A DNA stretch of 64,000 nucleotides from Macrostomum lignano (taxonomy: Eukaryota), in NCBI GenBank assembly GCA_002269645.1, contig NIVC01001979.1, positions 62,001 to 126,000 of the forward strand, written 5' to 3'. Each line of letters opens with the position of its first letter. The first letter of the stretch is position 1. Both the position numbers and the translations under genes were made by a program. The notes beneath the pieces were generated by a model. The model had not been told where the DNA came from. It saw nothing but the letters and a program-made list of their open reading frames with translations, and ran no database searches. Positions 47,650-59,021 of this stretch are shown in pieces.

Positions 47650-48260
47650 TAGACATTGTCTTTGCCCTCCAAGACCATCCGGGAATTGTGCCTTTACCCT
47701 CAGAGACCAACCGGACATTGTGCCTTTGCCCTCAAAGACCAGCCGGACATTGTGCCTTTACCCTCCAAGACCAGCCGGACATTGTGCCTTTACCCTCCAA
47801 GACCAGCCGGATATTGTGCCTTTACCCTCCAAGACCAGCCGGATATTGTGCCTTTACCCTCCAAGACCAGCCGGACATTGTGCCTTTACCCTCCAAGACC
47901 AGCCGGATATTGTGCCTTTACCCTCCAAGACCAGCCGGATATTGTGCCTTTACCCTCCAAGACCAGCCGGATATTGTGCCTTTACCCTCCAAGACCAGCC
48001 GGATATTGTGCCTTTACCCTCCAAGACCAGCCGGACATTGTGCCTTTACCCTCCAAGACCAGCCGGATATTGTGCCTTTACCCTCCAAGACCAGCCGGAT
48101 ATTGTGCCTTTACCCTCCAAGACCAGCCGGACATTGTGCCTTTACCCTCCAAGACCAGCCGGATATTGTGCCTTTACCCTCCAAGACCAGCCGGACATTG
48201 TGTCTTTACCCTCCAAGACCAGCCGGACATTGTGTCTTTACCCCCCAAGACCATCCAGAC
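47650..48260. repeat. 32-bp minisatellite (CCCTCCAAGACCAGCCGGAYATTGTGCCTTTA)n, about 18 copies
   Basis: Period 32 (47761, 47793). Confidence 0.95.
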
Positions 48261-48271
48261 ATAGTCCCACG

Positions 48272-48304
48272 CACAGATACTATAAAGTGTTTATAGTATC
48301 TGTG
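48272..48304. mobile_element. 33-bp perfect palindrome (15-bp arms, 3-nt spacer) flanked by an 8-bp direct repeat: minimal TIR-only transposon remnant
   Basis: GTCCCACG-[CACAGATACTATAAA-GTG-TTTATAGTATCTGTG]-GTCCCACG. Confidence 0.75.
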
Positions 48305-48834
48305 GTCCCACGTGCTCTCCGCTGCGACCATGAAACCCAGACTACAAGTAACCTCACAAATCCAATTAAAATAACTCTGATCCACTGATCCACTCTACGA
48401 GTACATGTATCTATAATACCAAGCTGAAGTGAATCTAAACCATTGCCGGGCGTTCAAATCAAAATGAAAATGCATATTTTTACTTTACAGCTACTATCAG
48501 TAGCTTCTATACAATTTGCGCTAATTTTAAGTGCAAGAGCATTTCTTCGCACACTAATTTGGGTCAGCTGACTTGAGAAGCTGAGATGAACAGAGCCAGC
48601 GTAAAGTACAAATCCCAACAACTGACCAGCAGCCAGTGCGCAAACCAATGTGAAGTGCATCTAGTTCTTTGCATCCTTCCTGCAGCATAGATTATTTTGC
48701 TGATATGTACGAGTTCTATCTACCTCAAGTGACTGACGGCCTCGAAGTTAGCGTACTGAAAAGCTATATTTAGTACCATTTTATCTACGAGCATTGTCGT
48801 CTTTTAAATTTTAACTTCTAGCATACAATATTTC

Positions 48835-49525
48835 CCAGATCCCAACTTGCATGTACGCCGCCTTCCCAGATTCCCAACTGATGCCACCCTCATAGATCCC
48901 AACTGATGCCACCCTAATAGATCCCAACTGATGCCACCCTAATAGATCCCAACTGATGCCACCCTCATAGATCCCAACTGATGCCACCCTCATAGATCCC
49001 AACTGATGCCACCCTCATAGATCCCAACTGATGCCACCCTAATAGATCCCAACTGATGCCACCCTCATAGATCCCAACTGATGCCACCCTCATAGATCCC
49101 AACTGATGCCACCCTAATAGATCCCAACTGATGCCACCCTCATAGATCCCAACTGATGCCACCCTAATAGATCCCAACTGATGCCACCCTAATAGATCCC
49201 AACTGATGCCACCCTCATAGATCCCAACTGATGCCACCCTCATAGATCCCAACTGATGCCACCCTAATAGATCCCAACTGATGCCACCCTCATAGATCCC
49301 AACTGATGCCACCCTAATAGATCCCAACTGATGCCACCCTCATAGATCCCAACTGATGCCACCCTCATAGATCCCAACTGATGCCACCCTAATAGATCCC
49401 AACTGATGCCACCCTCATAGATCCCAACTGATGCCACCCTCATAGATCCCAACTGATGCCACCCTCATAGATCCCAACTGATGCCACCCTAATAGATCCC
49501 AACGGATGCCACCCTCATAAATCCC
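48835..49525. repeat. 25-bp minisatellite (GATCCCAACTGATGCCACCCT[C/A]ATA)n, about 27 copies
   Basis: Period 25 (48901, 48926); two variants are interleaved. Confidence 0.95.
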
Positions 49526-50261
49526 AATTGATGGCCCTCTCAGATCGATCCCCGTTGTTGTCCAACATGTGGAGTTGGACTCGGCCTATTTTGCAGCGAT
49601 TGCAGTCCGAGTCTGCCGTAATCTGGTGTTGGAATGGGGTTTTGGGTGTTTGGGGTGTTTGGGGCGTTTGGCGTGCTGGAGTGGGGTTATGGTGTTTGGG
49701 TGTTGGAATGGGGTTTTGTTTTGGGATTTGGGGGTGTAGCAATGGTAATTCCATTGTGAATCTGTCAAAGTCGCAGAGCGCACGACACTGACTGACCTTC
49801 ATTTGCTATTGTTTTTGTCTAATAATTGGCATGACCTAATGAAATTGAATTTAGAATCCACGTGGCTAACACTCGATTTCGTATCAATACCTCGCCCTTA
49901 TCTTTATCAAGGGCTAGGTAAGCGCAGGCAACAAAACAGGTGTTCAAACAACATTGCTTGATTAACAAAATTAACAGCAAAGGCGTGTGGACCCAGTGGA
50001 GTGCAAAAAAGGTCGGGTTTAACGCTAAATACAATAATATGGTCCCACGAGGCCACACCCCCTAGACTAGCAGCAAGACTGCAATCGTGGCAGGTAGCAG
50101 TGGCAAAGCACTAGCACCGTAGCAGAAAGACAAGACAGGTGAGAGCCGCCAAAGTTTCTCAACAGACTTTTTGTCTGCAGACAGGCGGGGTTTTTACCAG
50201 CGCGGAAAATAACCTGACTCACAATTACTAATAGCTTTTATAAGCTCTTGAATGTTAAAAA

Positions 50262-50420
50262 TCCTATATACTAAAAATGTGATGTCTATATATATGTGAT
50301 AGATTAGAGAAAAAATGGCTGGACCGATTTTGTTCGAACTTGCACTGTTCGATCAGAAATTTTCCCGTGACTGTACATGCATCGTGGCTAAGAAATTGCT
50401 CGATGCTAAAGGCATTAAAT
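50262..50420 (+). mobile_element. Possible 5' end of a non-autonomous Helitron-type element
   Basis: A|TCCTATATACTAAAA...ATGGCTGGACCGATTTT resembles 5' ends of non-autonomous Helitrons recalled from invertebrates; no 3' CTRR/hairpin was located. Confidence 0.4.
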
Positions 50421-50876
50421 ATTCGAAAAACATGCTTTTTTGCAAAGGTCAAGCAGCTCTTTCGACTTGAAAAACATTGTAAGAATGCTAGAGAAAAACT
50501 GACTGGTTGAATTCTGATTCTGAAATAGATTGCATCATAACTGAATTGTAACTCCGACTTGAATTGAAAATGCAGTGTGGAAGCGTAGCACCAGACTTGA
50601 TTTAAATTGCGTAACCATATTGTTAACTGATACTGACTGACTGAGAAACTGATTATGTCATAACTGCTTCGTGTGATTTACTCTATGCTTGGATTTTAAA
50701 CTGTTGAATTATATATATATATAAGTGCAAAATTTGATGTTATCAAAAAGATGAGAACTAGCCTAGAGGTGAACAGACTGAACTGCTAAATGCAGCGACG
50801 ATGGTTCGAATTTTCATAGAGTATAATTTTTTTAATTAAAGCTTTTCAACCTCAGGAAAACTAAAAGACTTTTTAA

Positions 50877-52510
50877 AAAGAAGCGTCATGTAAAAATCAT
50901 AGTAGCGTCATGTAAAAAATCGTAGAAGCGTCATATAAAAAATTATAGAAGCGTCATATAAAAATCATAGATGCGTCATTTAAAAAATCATAGAAGCATC
51001 ATATAAAAATCATAGATGCGTCATTTAAAAAACCATAGAAGCATCATGTAAACAATCATAGAAGCGTCATTTAAAAAATCATAGAAGCATCATATAAAAA
51101 TCATAGATGCGTCATTTAAAAAATCATAGAAGCATCATGTAAACAATCATAGAAGCGTCATTTAAAAAAATCATAGAAGCGTCATATAAAAATCATAGAT
51201 GCGTCATTTAAAAAATCATGGAAGCGTCATGTAAACAATCATAGAAGCGTCATGTGAAAATCATAGAAGCGTCACGTAAAGAATCATAGAAGCGTCATGT
51301 AAACAATCATAGAAGCGTCATGTAAACAATCATAGAAGCGTCATGTAAAAAATCATAGAAGCGTCATGTAAACAATTATAGAAGCGTCATGTAAAAAAAT
51401 CATAGAAGCGTCATGTAAACAATCATAGAAGCGTCATGTAAACAATCATAGAAGCGTCATGTAAACAATCATAGAAGCGTCATGTAAAAAATCGTAGAAG
51501 CGTCATTTAAAAAATCATAGAAGCGTCATGCAAAAATCATAGATGCGTCATTTAAAAAATCATGGAAGCGTCATGTAAACAATCATAGAAGCGTCATGTA
51601 AAAAATCATAGAAGCGTCATATAAAAATCATAGATGCATCATTTAAAAAAATCATAGAAGCGTCATATAAAAAATCATAGAAGCGTCATGTAAAAATCAT
51701 AGAAGCGTCATGTAAACAACCATAGAAGCGTCATGTAAAAAATCATAGAAGAGTCATGTAAACAATCATAGAAGCGTCATGTAAGCAATCATAGAAGCGT
51801 CATGTAAACAATCATAGAAGCGTCATGTAAACAATCATAGAAGCGTCATGTAAGCAATCATAAAAGCATCATGTAAACAATCATAGAAGCGTCATGTAAA
51901 CAATCACAGAAGCGTCATGAAAAAATCATAGAAGCGTCATGTAAACAATCATAGAAGCGTCATGTAAACAATCATAGAAGCATCATGTAAAAAAATCATA
52001 GTAGCGTCATGTAAACAATCATAGAAGCGTCATGTAAAGAATCATAGAAGCGTCATGTAAAAAAATCATAGATGCGTCATTTAAAAAATCATAGAAGCAT
52101 CATGTAAACAATCATAGAAGCGTCATTTAAAAAAATCATAGAAGCGTCATATAAAAATCATAGATGCGTCATTTAAAAAATCATAGAAGCGTCATGTGAA
52201 AATCATAAAAGCGTCACGTAAAGAATCATAGAAGCGTCATGTAAACAATCATAGAAGCGTCATGTAAACAATCATAGAAGCGTCATGTAAACAATCATAG
52301 AAGCGTCATGTAAAAAATCATAGAAGCGTCATGTAAACAATCATAGAAGCGTCATGTAAACAATCATAGAAGCGTCATTTAAAAAATCATAGAAGCGTCA
52401 TGTAAACAATCATAGAAGCGTCATGTAAAAAATCATAGAAGCGTCATGTAAAAAATCATAGAAGCGTCATGTAAAAATCGTAGAAGCGTCATTTAAAAAT
52501 CATAGAAAAT
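50877..52510. repeat. 23-25-bp AT-rich minisatellite (AAAATCATAGAAGCGTCATGTAA)n, about 1.6 kb
   Basis: Direct reading; followed by decayed GCTGAGATGTCAAGGCTT repeats to about 53600. Confidence 0.95.
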
Positions 52511-53354
52511 CATAAAAATCAAAAATTAAATGCAGCTATAATGCTGTGCTGGGGAGAAAAACTGAGACGTAAAGGCTCTCAGAGAATAACTGCTGAGATT
52601 ACGGGGGGGGGGTTTCTGAGATGTCAAAGCAAAAGTCAGAAGCTACTTCAAAGTTCATGTACTTTACTCAATTTTTTTATTGCATTCTTTGTTGGCTCGC
52701 CACGGGAGGCGCTTATAGAAGAAGAGTCATGTAAAAAATAAAAGTAGCACTACGAGCGTATGTACGAGCTATACATAAAAGAAAAGTCATGTTCAAGTTA
52801 AAAGATTCATTTGGGAATTGCTACGATGTCAAAGCTTGGTGGAAATCGTTATAGTGCTGTGATTCTTAAAGAAGGAATCACTAAAATGTCAAGGCTTAGG
52901 GGAGAAGAATTGCTGAGATTTCAAGGCTTTAGGTTGGGTTAAAGTTAGGTTTAGGTCAGGTGTGGGTTGAGGGTTATATTTTATCGGGTTTCAAGGTTAA
53001 CAGAATAACAGGGGATTTTTTAGATTTCAAGGTTTATGGAGGCCATCGCTGACATGTTAAGGCTTACGGGGGGAATAGCTGAGATGTCAAGGCTCACGGT
53101 GTATAAATGAGATTTCAAGGCTAAAGTCAGAAGCTACATGTAGTTTATTGAAAACTTTTTATTACATTATTTGATGCCTCCTCAGGAGAGGGATCGCTGA
53201 TAAAAAAAGCGTAATGTAAAAAATAAAAGAAGCTTCATGTCGAAGTTAAGAGATTCATTTGGGAATCCCTACGATGTCGAGGCTTGCAGGAAATCGCTAT
53301 AATGCTGTAGTAGTGCTATAGTGACTCTTAGAGAGAATTACTGAAATTTCAATG

Positions 53355-53416
53355 TTAGGTTAGGGTTAGGGTTAGGGTTAGGGCTAGGGTTAGGGTTAGG
53401 GTTAGGCTAGGGTTAG
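53355..53416 (+). repeat. Interstitial telomere-type (TTAGGG)n tract, about 10 units with variants
   Basis: TTAGGTTAGGGTTAGGGTTAGGGTTAGGGCTAGGGTTAGGGTTAGGGTTAGGCTAGGGTTAG. Confidence 0.9.
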
Positions 53417-54518
53417 AAGGTTGACAGATATTTTTAGATTTCCAAGGCTTATTGGGGGCATTGCTGAGATGTCAAGGGGGGAAGTTGATATGTCAAAGCT
53501 TGTGGGGGGGGGGAATTACTGACATGTCAAGGCTTACAAGGTTTGACAGGAGATTTTTTAAGATTTCAAGGATACATGTAGCTTATTAAAAAAACGTGTA
53601 TTGCATTTATTTGGCTCCCCAACGGGGGGCGTAGATTGCTAGTCCATTCTATACATTATCATACATTACTTGTCAATTGTCATCTCATGAAACAGAAGCA
53701 TCAATCTTAAGCAATTTAAGAGACATCATACTAATTATAAACTCATTATCGTATAAAAAATTCCACGCCTAATTACAATAGGTAAACAAAAATGATGCTT
53801 TTTTTGGCTACCCAAACTCCAATGACATAAAAGAACAAAACGCACTCGTCTGTCTTGTACACTAAGAGAGATGCGTACATGTACGGGCAGTACAGTACGG
53901 TGAAAAGGGCGAAGTCTGTTTTGGACTAGGCTTTGATTAGGGAGGGGTTTGAGAAAGAACTTGGTGGGGTGGGGGGAGGGGTGGAGAGATAAGGAAGGGG
54001 GTGTGGTTGGGCCTGAAATCCAGTCTGCTCCGGTTCTGTCCTGCCTGCCTTTCTCACCCTCCTGAGCCAAGGAGAACTTTGATCCAGAAATTGAAGTTAA
54101 ACTCCAGTCTAAAGGCCTGCTGAAGTCTGATGAAATAAAACGACATGTTCGTCTACCATATAAAATAAGAAACACAGGCTTGTTTTGTTCATATAATCAT
54201 TGGCATAAATTTTCGATTCGTTTAATATTAACTTAATAAATAGCTTGTTCATTGTTTCCAGTTCCAAATTCTAGATTTCGATCTCCTTCACTATAGCTCG
54301 CTTGCCTTGGTAAAAGAGACAAATAAAGCCGACAGGGAAAGGAAAACCGTGGGGGGGGGGCAATGCGAGGAAAGAGGAGCTTTGGTACTTTGGAGTTGGA
54401 CCTTCCAAATCTCACCCTCCGCTCCAGTGTATTCAAAATAGGGGTGGGGGCACTGCGGGGGTTTGGGCGCCAGTGTACTTAGCAGCATTTATTCAGTGTA
54501 CATCGGATCAGGGCCTAC

Positions 54519-54525
54519 TATAAAA
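54519..54525 (+). promoter_or_regulatory. Candidate TATA box upstream of the UCP-like gene
   Basis: CTATAAAATAG about 235 bp before the ATG; position only. Confidence 0.35.
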
Positions 54526-54754
54526 TAGACCGCTGTCAGCCCCCTCTTCTTTACGTGCGTCTTTTTACAGTAGCGGCACAGTCGAATGCTGGCCGAGTGG
54601 TCTCGGCGCCAAGCCAACAACTCCCATCCCCCCAAATCCCCCTATAGTAGTAGTATTTACTAACGTATTGTAGCTAGTAGTTTAATAACGTTTTATTAGT
54701 AACTTAACTTATAGTTTAACGTAGTAAGATACGCCCCTTAATTTAATAGAAGAA

Positions 54755-55690
54755 ATGGCAGAACCCAGCCCAGTCACCAAGCTCCTACTTGCCGGCAGCT
54801 GCGCCTGCGTGGCCGACGCCCTGACCTTCCCCATGGACACGGTCAAGGTGCGCATGCAGATGGCCGCCGGCGGCGCCGCTGCCGCAGCCAGCAGTTCATC
54901 CATCGTTGGCACCTTCCGCAACATCGTCTCGAACGAGGGCGCCGCCCGCCTGTACGGCGGCCTCAACGCCGGCCTGCAGCGCCAGTTCGCCTTCGCCTCA
55001 ATCCGCATCGGCTTCTACGAGCCGGTGAAGCAGCTGTACATGGACAGGCTGGGCCTCACCGCCGCCGGCGCCGGCCCGGCCACTCTCATGGCCGTCCGCC
55101 TGCTGGCCGGCATAACCACCGGCGCCATGGCCGTGTGCGCCGCCCAGCCAACCGACGTGGTCAAGGTGCGCATGCAAGGCTCCGCCGGCCGCTACCCGAG
55201 CTGCGCCGCTGCCTATTCAACCATCTGGCGCACCGAGGGCCTCGCCGGCCTATGGAGGGGCACCGGGCCCAGCGTCGCGCGCAACGCCATCGTCAACTGC
55301 GCCGAGGTCGTGTCCTACGACACCATCAAGACCTACCTGGTGGCCCGCCTGGGCATGCCGAACTCGGTCGGCACGCACTTCCTAGCCGGCCTGTGCAGTG
55401 GCTTCATCGCCACCCTGGTCGCCTCCCCGGTCGACGTGGTGAAGACCCGCCTGATGAGCGCCAGGCCGGAGGAGCGCGCCGGAGTCGTCAGCGTCGCCCG
55501 TGGCCTCTACCAGCAGAGCGGCCTGCGCGGCTTCTACAAAGTCTTCATGCCGAGCTTCGCCCGCATCGCCGGCTGGAACATCCTCATGTTTGTGCTGTAC
55601 GAGAAGGCCAAGTCCAGCTATGGCCAGCTGGCCGAACTGGCGGCCGCTCTGCCCCGGCCAGTCATGGCCAAGGAGAGGCAGGTGCTTTAA
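54755..55690 (+). CDS. UCP2: Mitochondrial carrier of the uncoupling-protein UCP1/2/3 type, 311 aa, intronless CDS
   Basis: Three PX[DE]XX[KR]X[RK] signatures (PMDTVKVR, PTDVVKVR, PVDVVKTR); GLQRQFAFASIRIGFY and RNAIVNCAEVVSYD match UCP2/3 (GLQRQMSFASVRIGLY, RNAIVNCAELVTYD). The symbol indicates clade similarity, not 1:1 orthology. Confidence 0.88.
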   Translation: MAEPSPVTKLLLAGSCACVADALTFPMDTVKVRMQMAAGGAAAAASSSSIVGTFRNIVSNEGAARLYGGLNAGLQRQFAFASIRIGFYEPVKQLYMDRLGLTAAGAGPATLMAVRLLAGITTGAMAVCAAQPTDVVKVRMQGSAGRYPSCAAAYSTIWRTEGLAGLWRGTGPSVARNAIVNCAEVVSYDTIKTYLVARLGMPNSVGTHFLAGLCSGFIATLVASPVDVVKTRLMSARPEERAGVVSVARGLYQQSGLRGFYKVFMPSFARIAGWNILMFVLYEKAKSSYGQLAELAAALPRPVMAKERQVL

Positions 55691-56539
55691 ACCCGCGGAT
55701 TGACCAGCGCGAGCCCCGAACCAACACCCCCCGAAGAAGATGAATTTTACTTCGCCTGCTCTCTGCGCTCTTACGTGTATTCGATTTGGAAACTGTCGCA
55801 TTTATAATGCGACAAAAAACGATAAAAACCAGACTGTAGAATGTACTAATAGCCGGCAGATTACATCTTGCAGACCGATCGAAATGTGTTTTAACACCCA
55901 GCGATCCTCCTTCTCGAGTTATTATTTAATTCGGTATGGTATCTAAAACCAACGACTCTGATAATTATTTTATTCAAGCTAACACCAATGTACTGTAAGA
56001 AAATTGATTCCAACTGTTTGTAAAACAAATTTGTAAAACCAGCAACAATGTAAGCAAACGAAGCGGATTTTTTGCGTTGATTAATTCGACATTTTGTTGC
56101 TTAAGCAGCGTCACTTCTGATATACGCTGTGCTGCTGCTATTTTAGACTCAACAGAGAGCCCTACATAAGCAGTCAGAAGCATAATTACATGTAACTTAT
56201 CATGTATCAATCCTTGTATCAATATAATTTAGTCATAATCGCACCAGCCGATAAATTCTGTTGCTGGGCGAGAAAAACAAGCTGAAATAATTATTAAATA
56301 TTGGGATCTTTCGCTATAATTCCTTATTTCTACGAGTAAAGATCGCTGCCTTAAAGTCTTCTAAAAAGGAAGCTCGTATACTCGTGTACTTAGAGTAGGA
56401 ATTCGTGCACATTAAAACATTTTCTACCAAAGTACGAGTAGATCTAACACTTACCGTTAACTAAAGTTAGCAAAGGGTTCTCTACTGGCAAGTCACAAGC
56501 ACAAGGACATTGGGTTCTTGATGGCTATTAGAGGTGATT

Positions 56540-57155
56540 TTAATGGTGCTGGAGGGCGACTCTTGATTTTGCAGGAGGGCGATTCTTGATGTTACTGGAG
56601 GGCGATTCTTGATGTTACTGGAGGGCGATTCTTGATGTTACTGGAGGGCGATTCTTGATGTTACTGGAGGGCGATTCTTGATGTTACTGGAGGGCGATTC
56701 TTGATGTTACTGGAGGGCGATTCTTGATGTTACTGGAGGGCGATTCTTGATGTTACTGGAGGGCGATTCTTGATGTGGTGTTGGAGGGCGATTCCTGATG
56801 TTACTGGAGGGCGATTCCTGATGTTGCTGGAGGGCGATTCCTGATGTTGCTGGAGGGCGATTCATGATGTTACTGGAGGGCGATTCCTGATGTTGCTGGA
56901 GGGCGATTCCTGATGTTGCTGGAGGGCGATTCCTGATGTTACTGGAGGGCGATTCCTGATGTTGCTGGAGGGCGATTCCTGATGTGGTGTTGGAGGGCGA
57001 TTCCTGATGGTGCTGAAGGGCGATTCCTGATGTGGTGTTGGAGGGCGATTCCTGATGTGGTGTTGGAGGGCGATTCCTGATGGTGCTGAAGGGCGATTCC
57101 TGATGTGGTGTTGGAGGGCGATTCCTGATGTGGTGTTGGAGGGCGATTCCTGATT
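56540..57155. repeat. 23-26-bp minisatellite (GGAGGGCGATTCYTGATGTTACT)n
   Basis: Direct reading; the variants are ordered along the array. Confidence 0.95.
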
Positions 57156-57690
57156 CAGAGGGGCCACACTGGAGTGCAGTGTTGAGAACCGAGTGAGAGA
57201 TAGCTTTGTAGATAACTGAGGATCTCTTTTATCTTGCCCTCAGGATTTGCCGGTGAGCGCTTTGAGGATGTTGTTATTTGAGCGGATTTTGCTGTTTAAA
57301 GCCTTGGCTTAATAGCGGGACTGGGGTCACGGAAAGGAAGACAGCTGGAGTCGCCTTGAATTCATGGTTACAGGTGATAAAGAGTGGCGGTCCATTTGGT
57401 CTTCGGTGATAGCGGCAGGTCTTTCGAAGCAAGGAATTGGTTGATCCGGTCAAGGCTGTTGAGATAAGCGGGCCGCGGGTGCAGATCGTGATTTCGTGCA
57501 GCAGGGGGTGCGGGATATCAGCTAAATATAGAAGGCGAAGAGCAGGGGCAAGAGGACGCCGCCCGGGGGGACACCAGCTATGAGGATCCTCGAGGAGGAG
57601 GCGGCGCCTCTGTAGGGGACCCTGGTGCACCGCCCATTCAGGTAGGCGCAGACCAGCTCTAAATCCATGTTCCCACGGTGGGAATGGTAG
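57155..57690 (-). mobile_element. Degenerate non-LTR retrotransposon reverse transcriptase fragment (I/Jockey-group-like)
   Basis: Minus strand: AYLNGRCTRVPYRGAASSSRILIAGVPPGGVLLPLLFAFYI*DIP (RT motif GVPQGSVLxPLLF), then NILKALTGKS*GQDKEIL...TPVWP (cf. NILKALAGTSWGQxKE...APVW). Confidence 0.8.
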
Positions 57691-57804
57691 CGAATTTTGA
57701 CGAATTTAGCGAATTCAAGCGGGAATTTTTCTAACAATTTGGTTGCAAAACTTCAGGGCTTGCTAGCCACCAGAAGTTTCAAGGTCAAAGCGCAGCGGGT
57801 CTAT

Positions 57805-58310
57805 GAAATTTGCTTGCCGAAATCTGCTAAACGGCTAGCAGATTTCGGCTAGCACATTTCGGCTAGCAAACTTCGGCTAGCACATTTCGGCTAGCACATT
57901 TCGGCTAGCAAATTTCTCGCTAGCAAACTTCGGCTAGCACATTTCGGCTAGCAAACTTCGGCTAGCAAACTTCGGCTAGCACATTTCGGCTAGCACATTT
58001 CGGCTAGCACATTTCGGCTAGCAAACTTCGGCTAGCACATTTCGGCTAGCACATTTCGGCTAGCAAATTTCGGCTAGCAAACTTCGGCTAGCACATTTCG
58101 GCTAGCACATTTCGGCTAGCAAATTTCTCGCTAGCAAACTTCGGCTAGCACATTTCGGCTAGCAAACTTCGGCTAGCAAACTTCGGCTAGCACATTTCGG
58201 CTAGCAAATTTCTCGCTAGCAAACTTCGGCTAGCACATTTCGGCTAGCAGATTTCGGCAAGCAAATTTCTCGCTAGCAAACTTCGGCTAGCAGATTTTCT
58301 GCTAGCAGAT
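57805..58310. repeat. 14-bp repeat array (TTCGGCTAGCAMAY)n bracketed by a 24-bp perfect inverted repeat
   Basis: GAAATTTGCTTGCCGAAATCTGCT at 57805-57828 and its reverse complement at 58246-58269. Confidence 0.88.
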
Positions 58311-58628
58311 CTCGTACTCCCAAACGCAGCATGGCCCTCAAAATTTTCTAAACGGGGATCTTTTATTTTAAAAAAAATGCTAGCATGTCAAAGCAGCGTT
58401 CTGTGAAATAAAAAAAACCAAACTGGTAAACAACGTCAAAAGAAAATTTAATTTTTTTATTCCAAGCTTCTCCAGTCAAAGGCGGGACACGCGGTGGTAC
58501 TTTTTATTTTCTAAACGCCAACAACAATCCTCAAGCGTTCGAGCAACAAGCGCCAGATCGATACAAAGAGTCCCTGGCAGACCCATCATCATGATCATCA
58601 GTATTTTTGAAGCATCTCAGGGAGGTTC

Positions 58629-59021
58629 TCAGAAGAAATAGCCGAGAATCTTGCCGCCAAGGTGCTTCCGCCTGGCCTCCTCGTGGTCCATGATGCCGCC
58701 GGAGGTGGTGAGCACGATGAAGCCGAACTGACGCGACGGCAGAATAGCGGATGTCCACTTCTCCAGGTCCTTCAGGTGAATGTCGTACCTGGGCGAGACC
58801 ACGCTGCACTTGTTTAGACGGCCGTTGAGCTCGACAACAATCTTGCCGGATCGGTGATCGTCGATGACCTCAAAGTCGCCGATGTAGTTTTTCCGCTGCA
58901 TCACCTGCAGGAAGCGGATGATGACCTTGGAGGAGGGCCGCAGCAGCACCTGCCGCTTGCCTTTCTTCTCGGCGTGTACAATCCGGTTAAGGGCATCCGC
59001 CAGCACTGACACGCAAACCAT
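58629..59021 (-). CDS. RPS15A: 40S ribosomal protein S15a (uS8), 130 aa, intronless CDS
   Basis: [11 protein letters not shown]...[13 protein letters not shown]...[18 protein letters not shown]...SPRYD...[34 protein letters not shown]; acceptor gcttgcAG 7 nt before the ATG. Confidence 0.96.
   Translation of the reverse strand: MVCVSVLADALNRIVHAEKKGKRQVLLRPSSKVIIRFLQVMQRKNYIGDFEVIDDHRSGKIVVELNGRLNKCSVVSPRYDIHLKDLEKWTSAILPSRQFGFIVLTTSGGIMDHEEARRKHLGGKILGYFF

Noticed and set aside
52666-52685. ACTCAATTTTTTTATTGCAT resembling the SL 3' end (also AGACTCAATT at about 29739)
   Set aside because: Short AT-rich matches; the first is part of a repeat family whose other copies (about 53150 and 53590) lack the similarity.
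54755-59021. Retrogene origin for the intronless UCP and RPS15A CDSs
   Set aside because: No poly-A remnant or TSD is visible, RPS15A has an upstream acceptor, and neighbouring genes are also intron-poor with very large exons.
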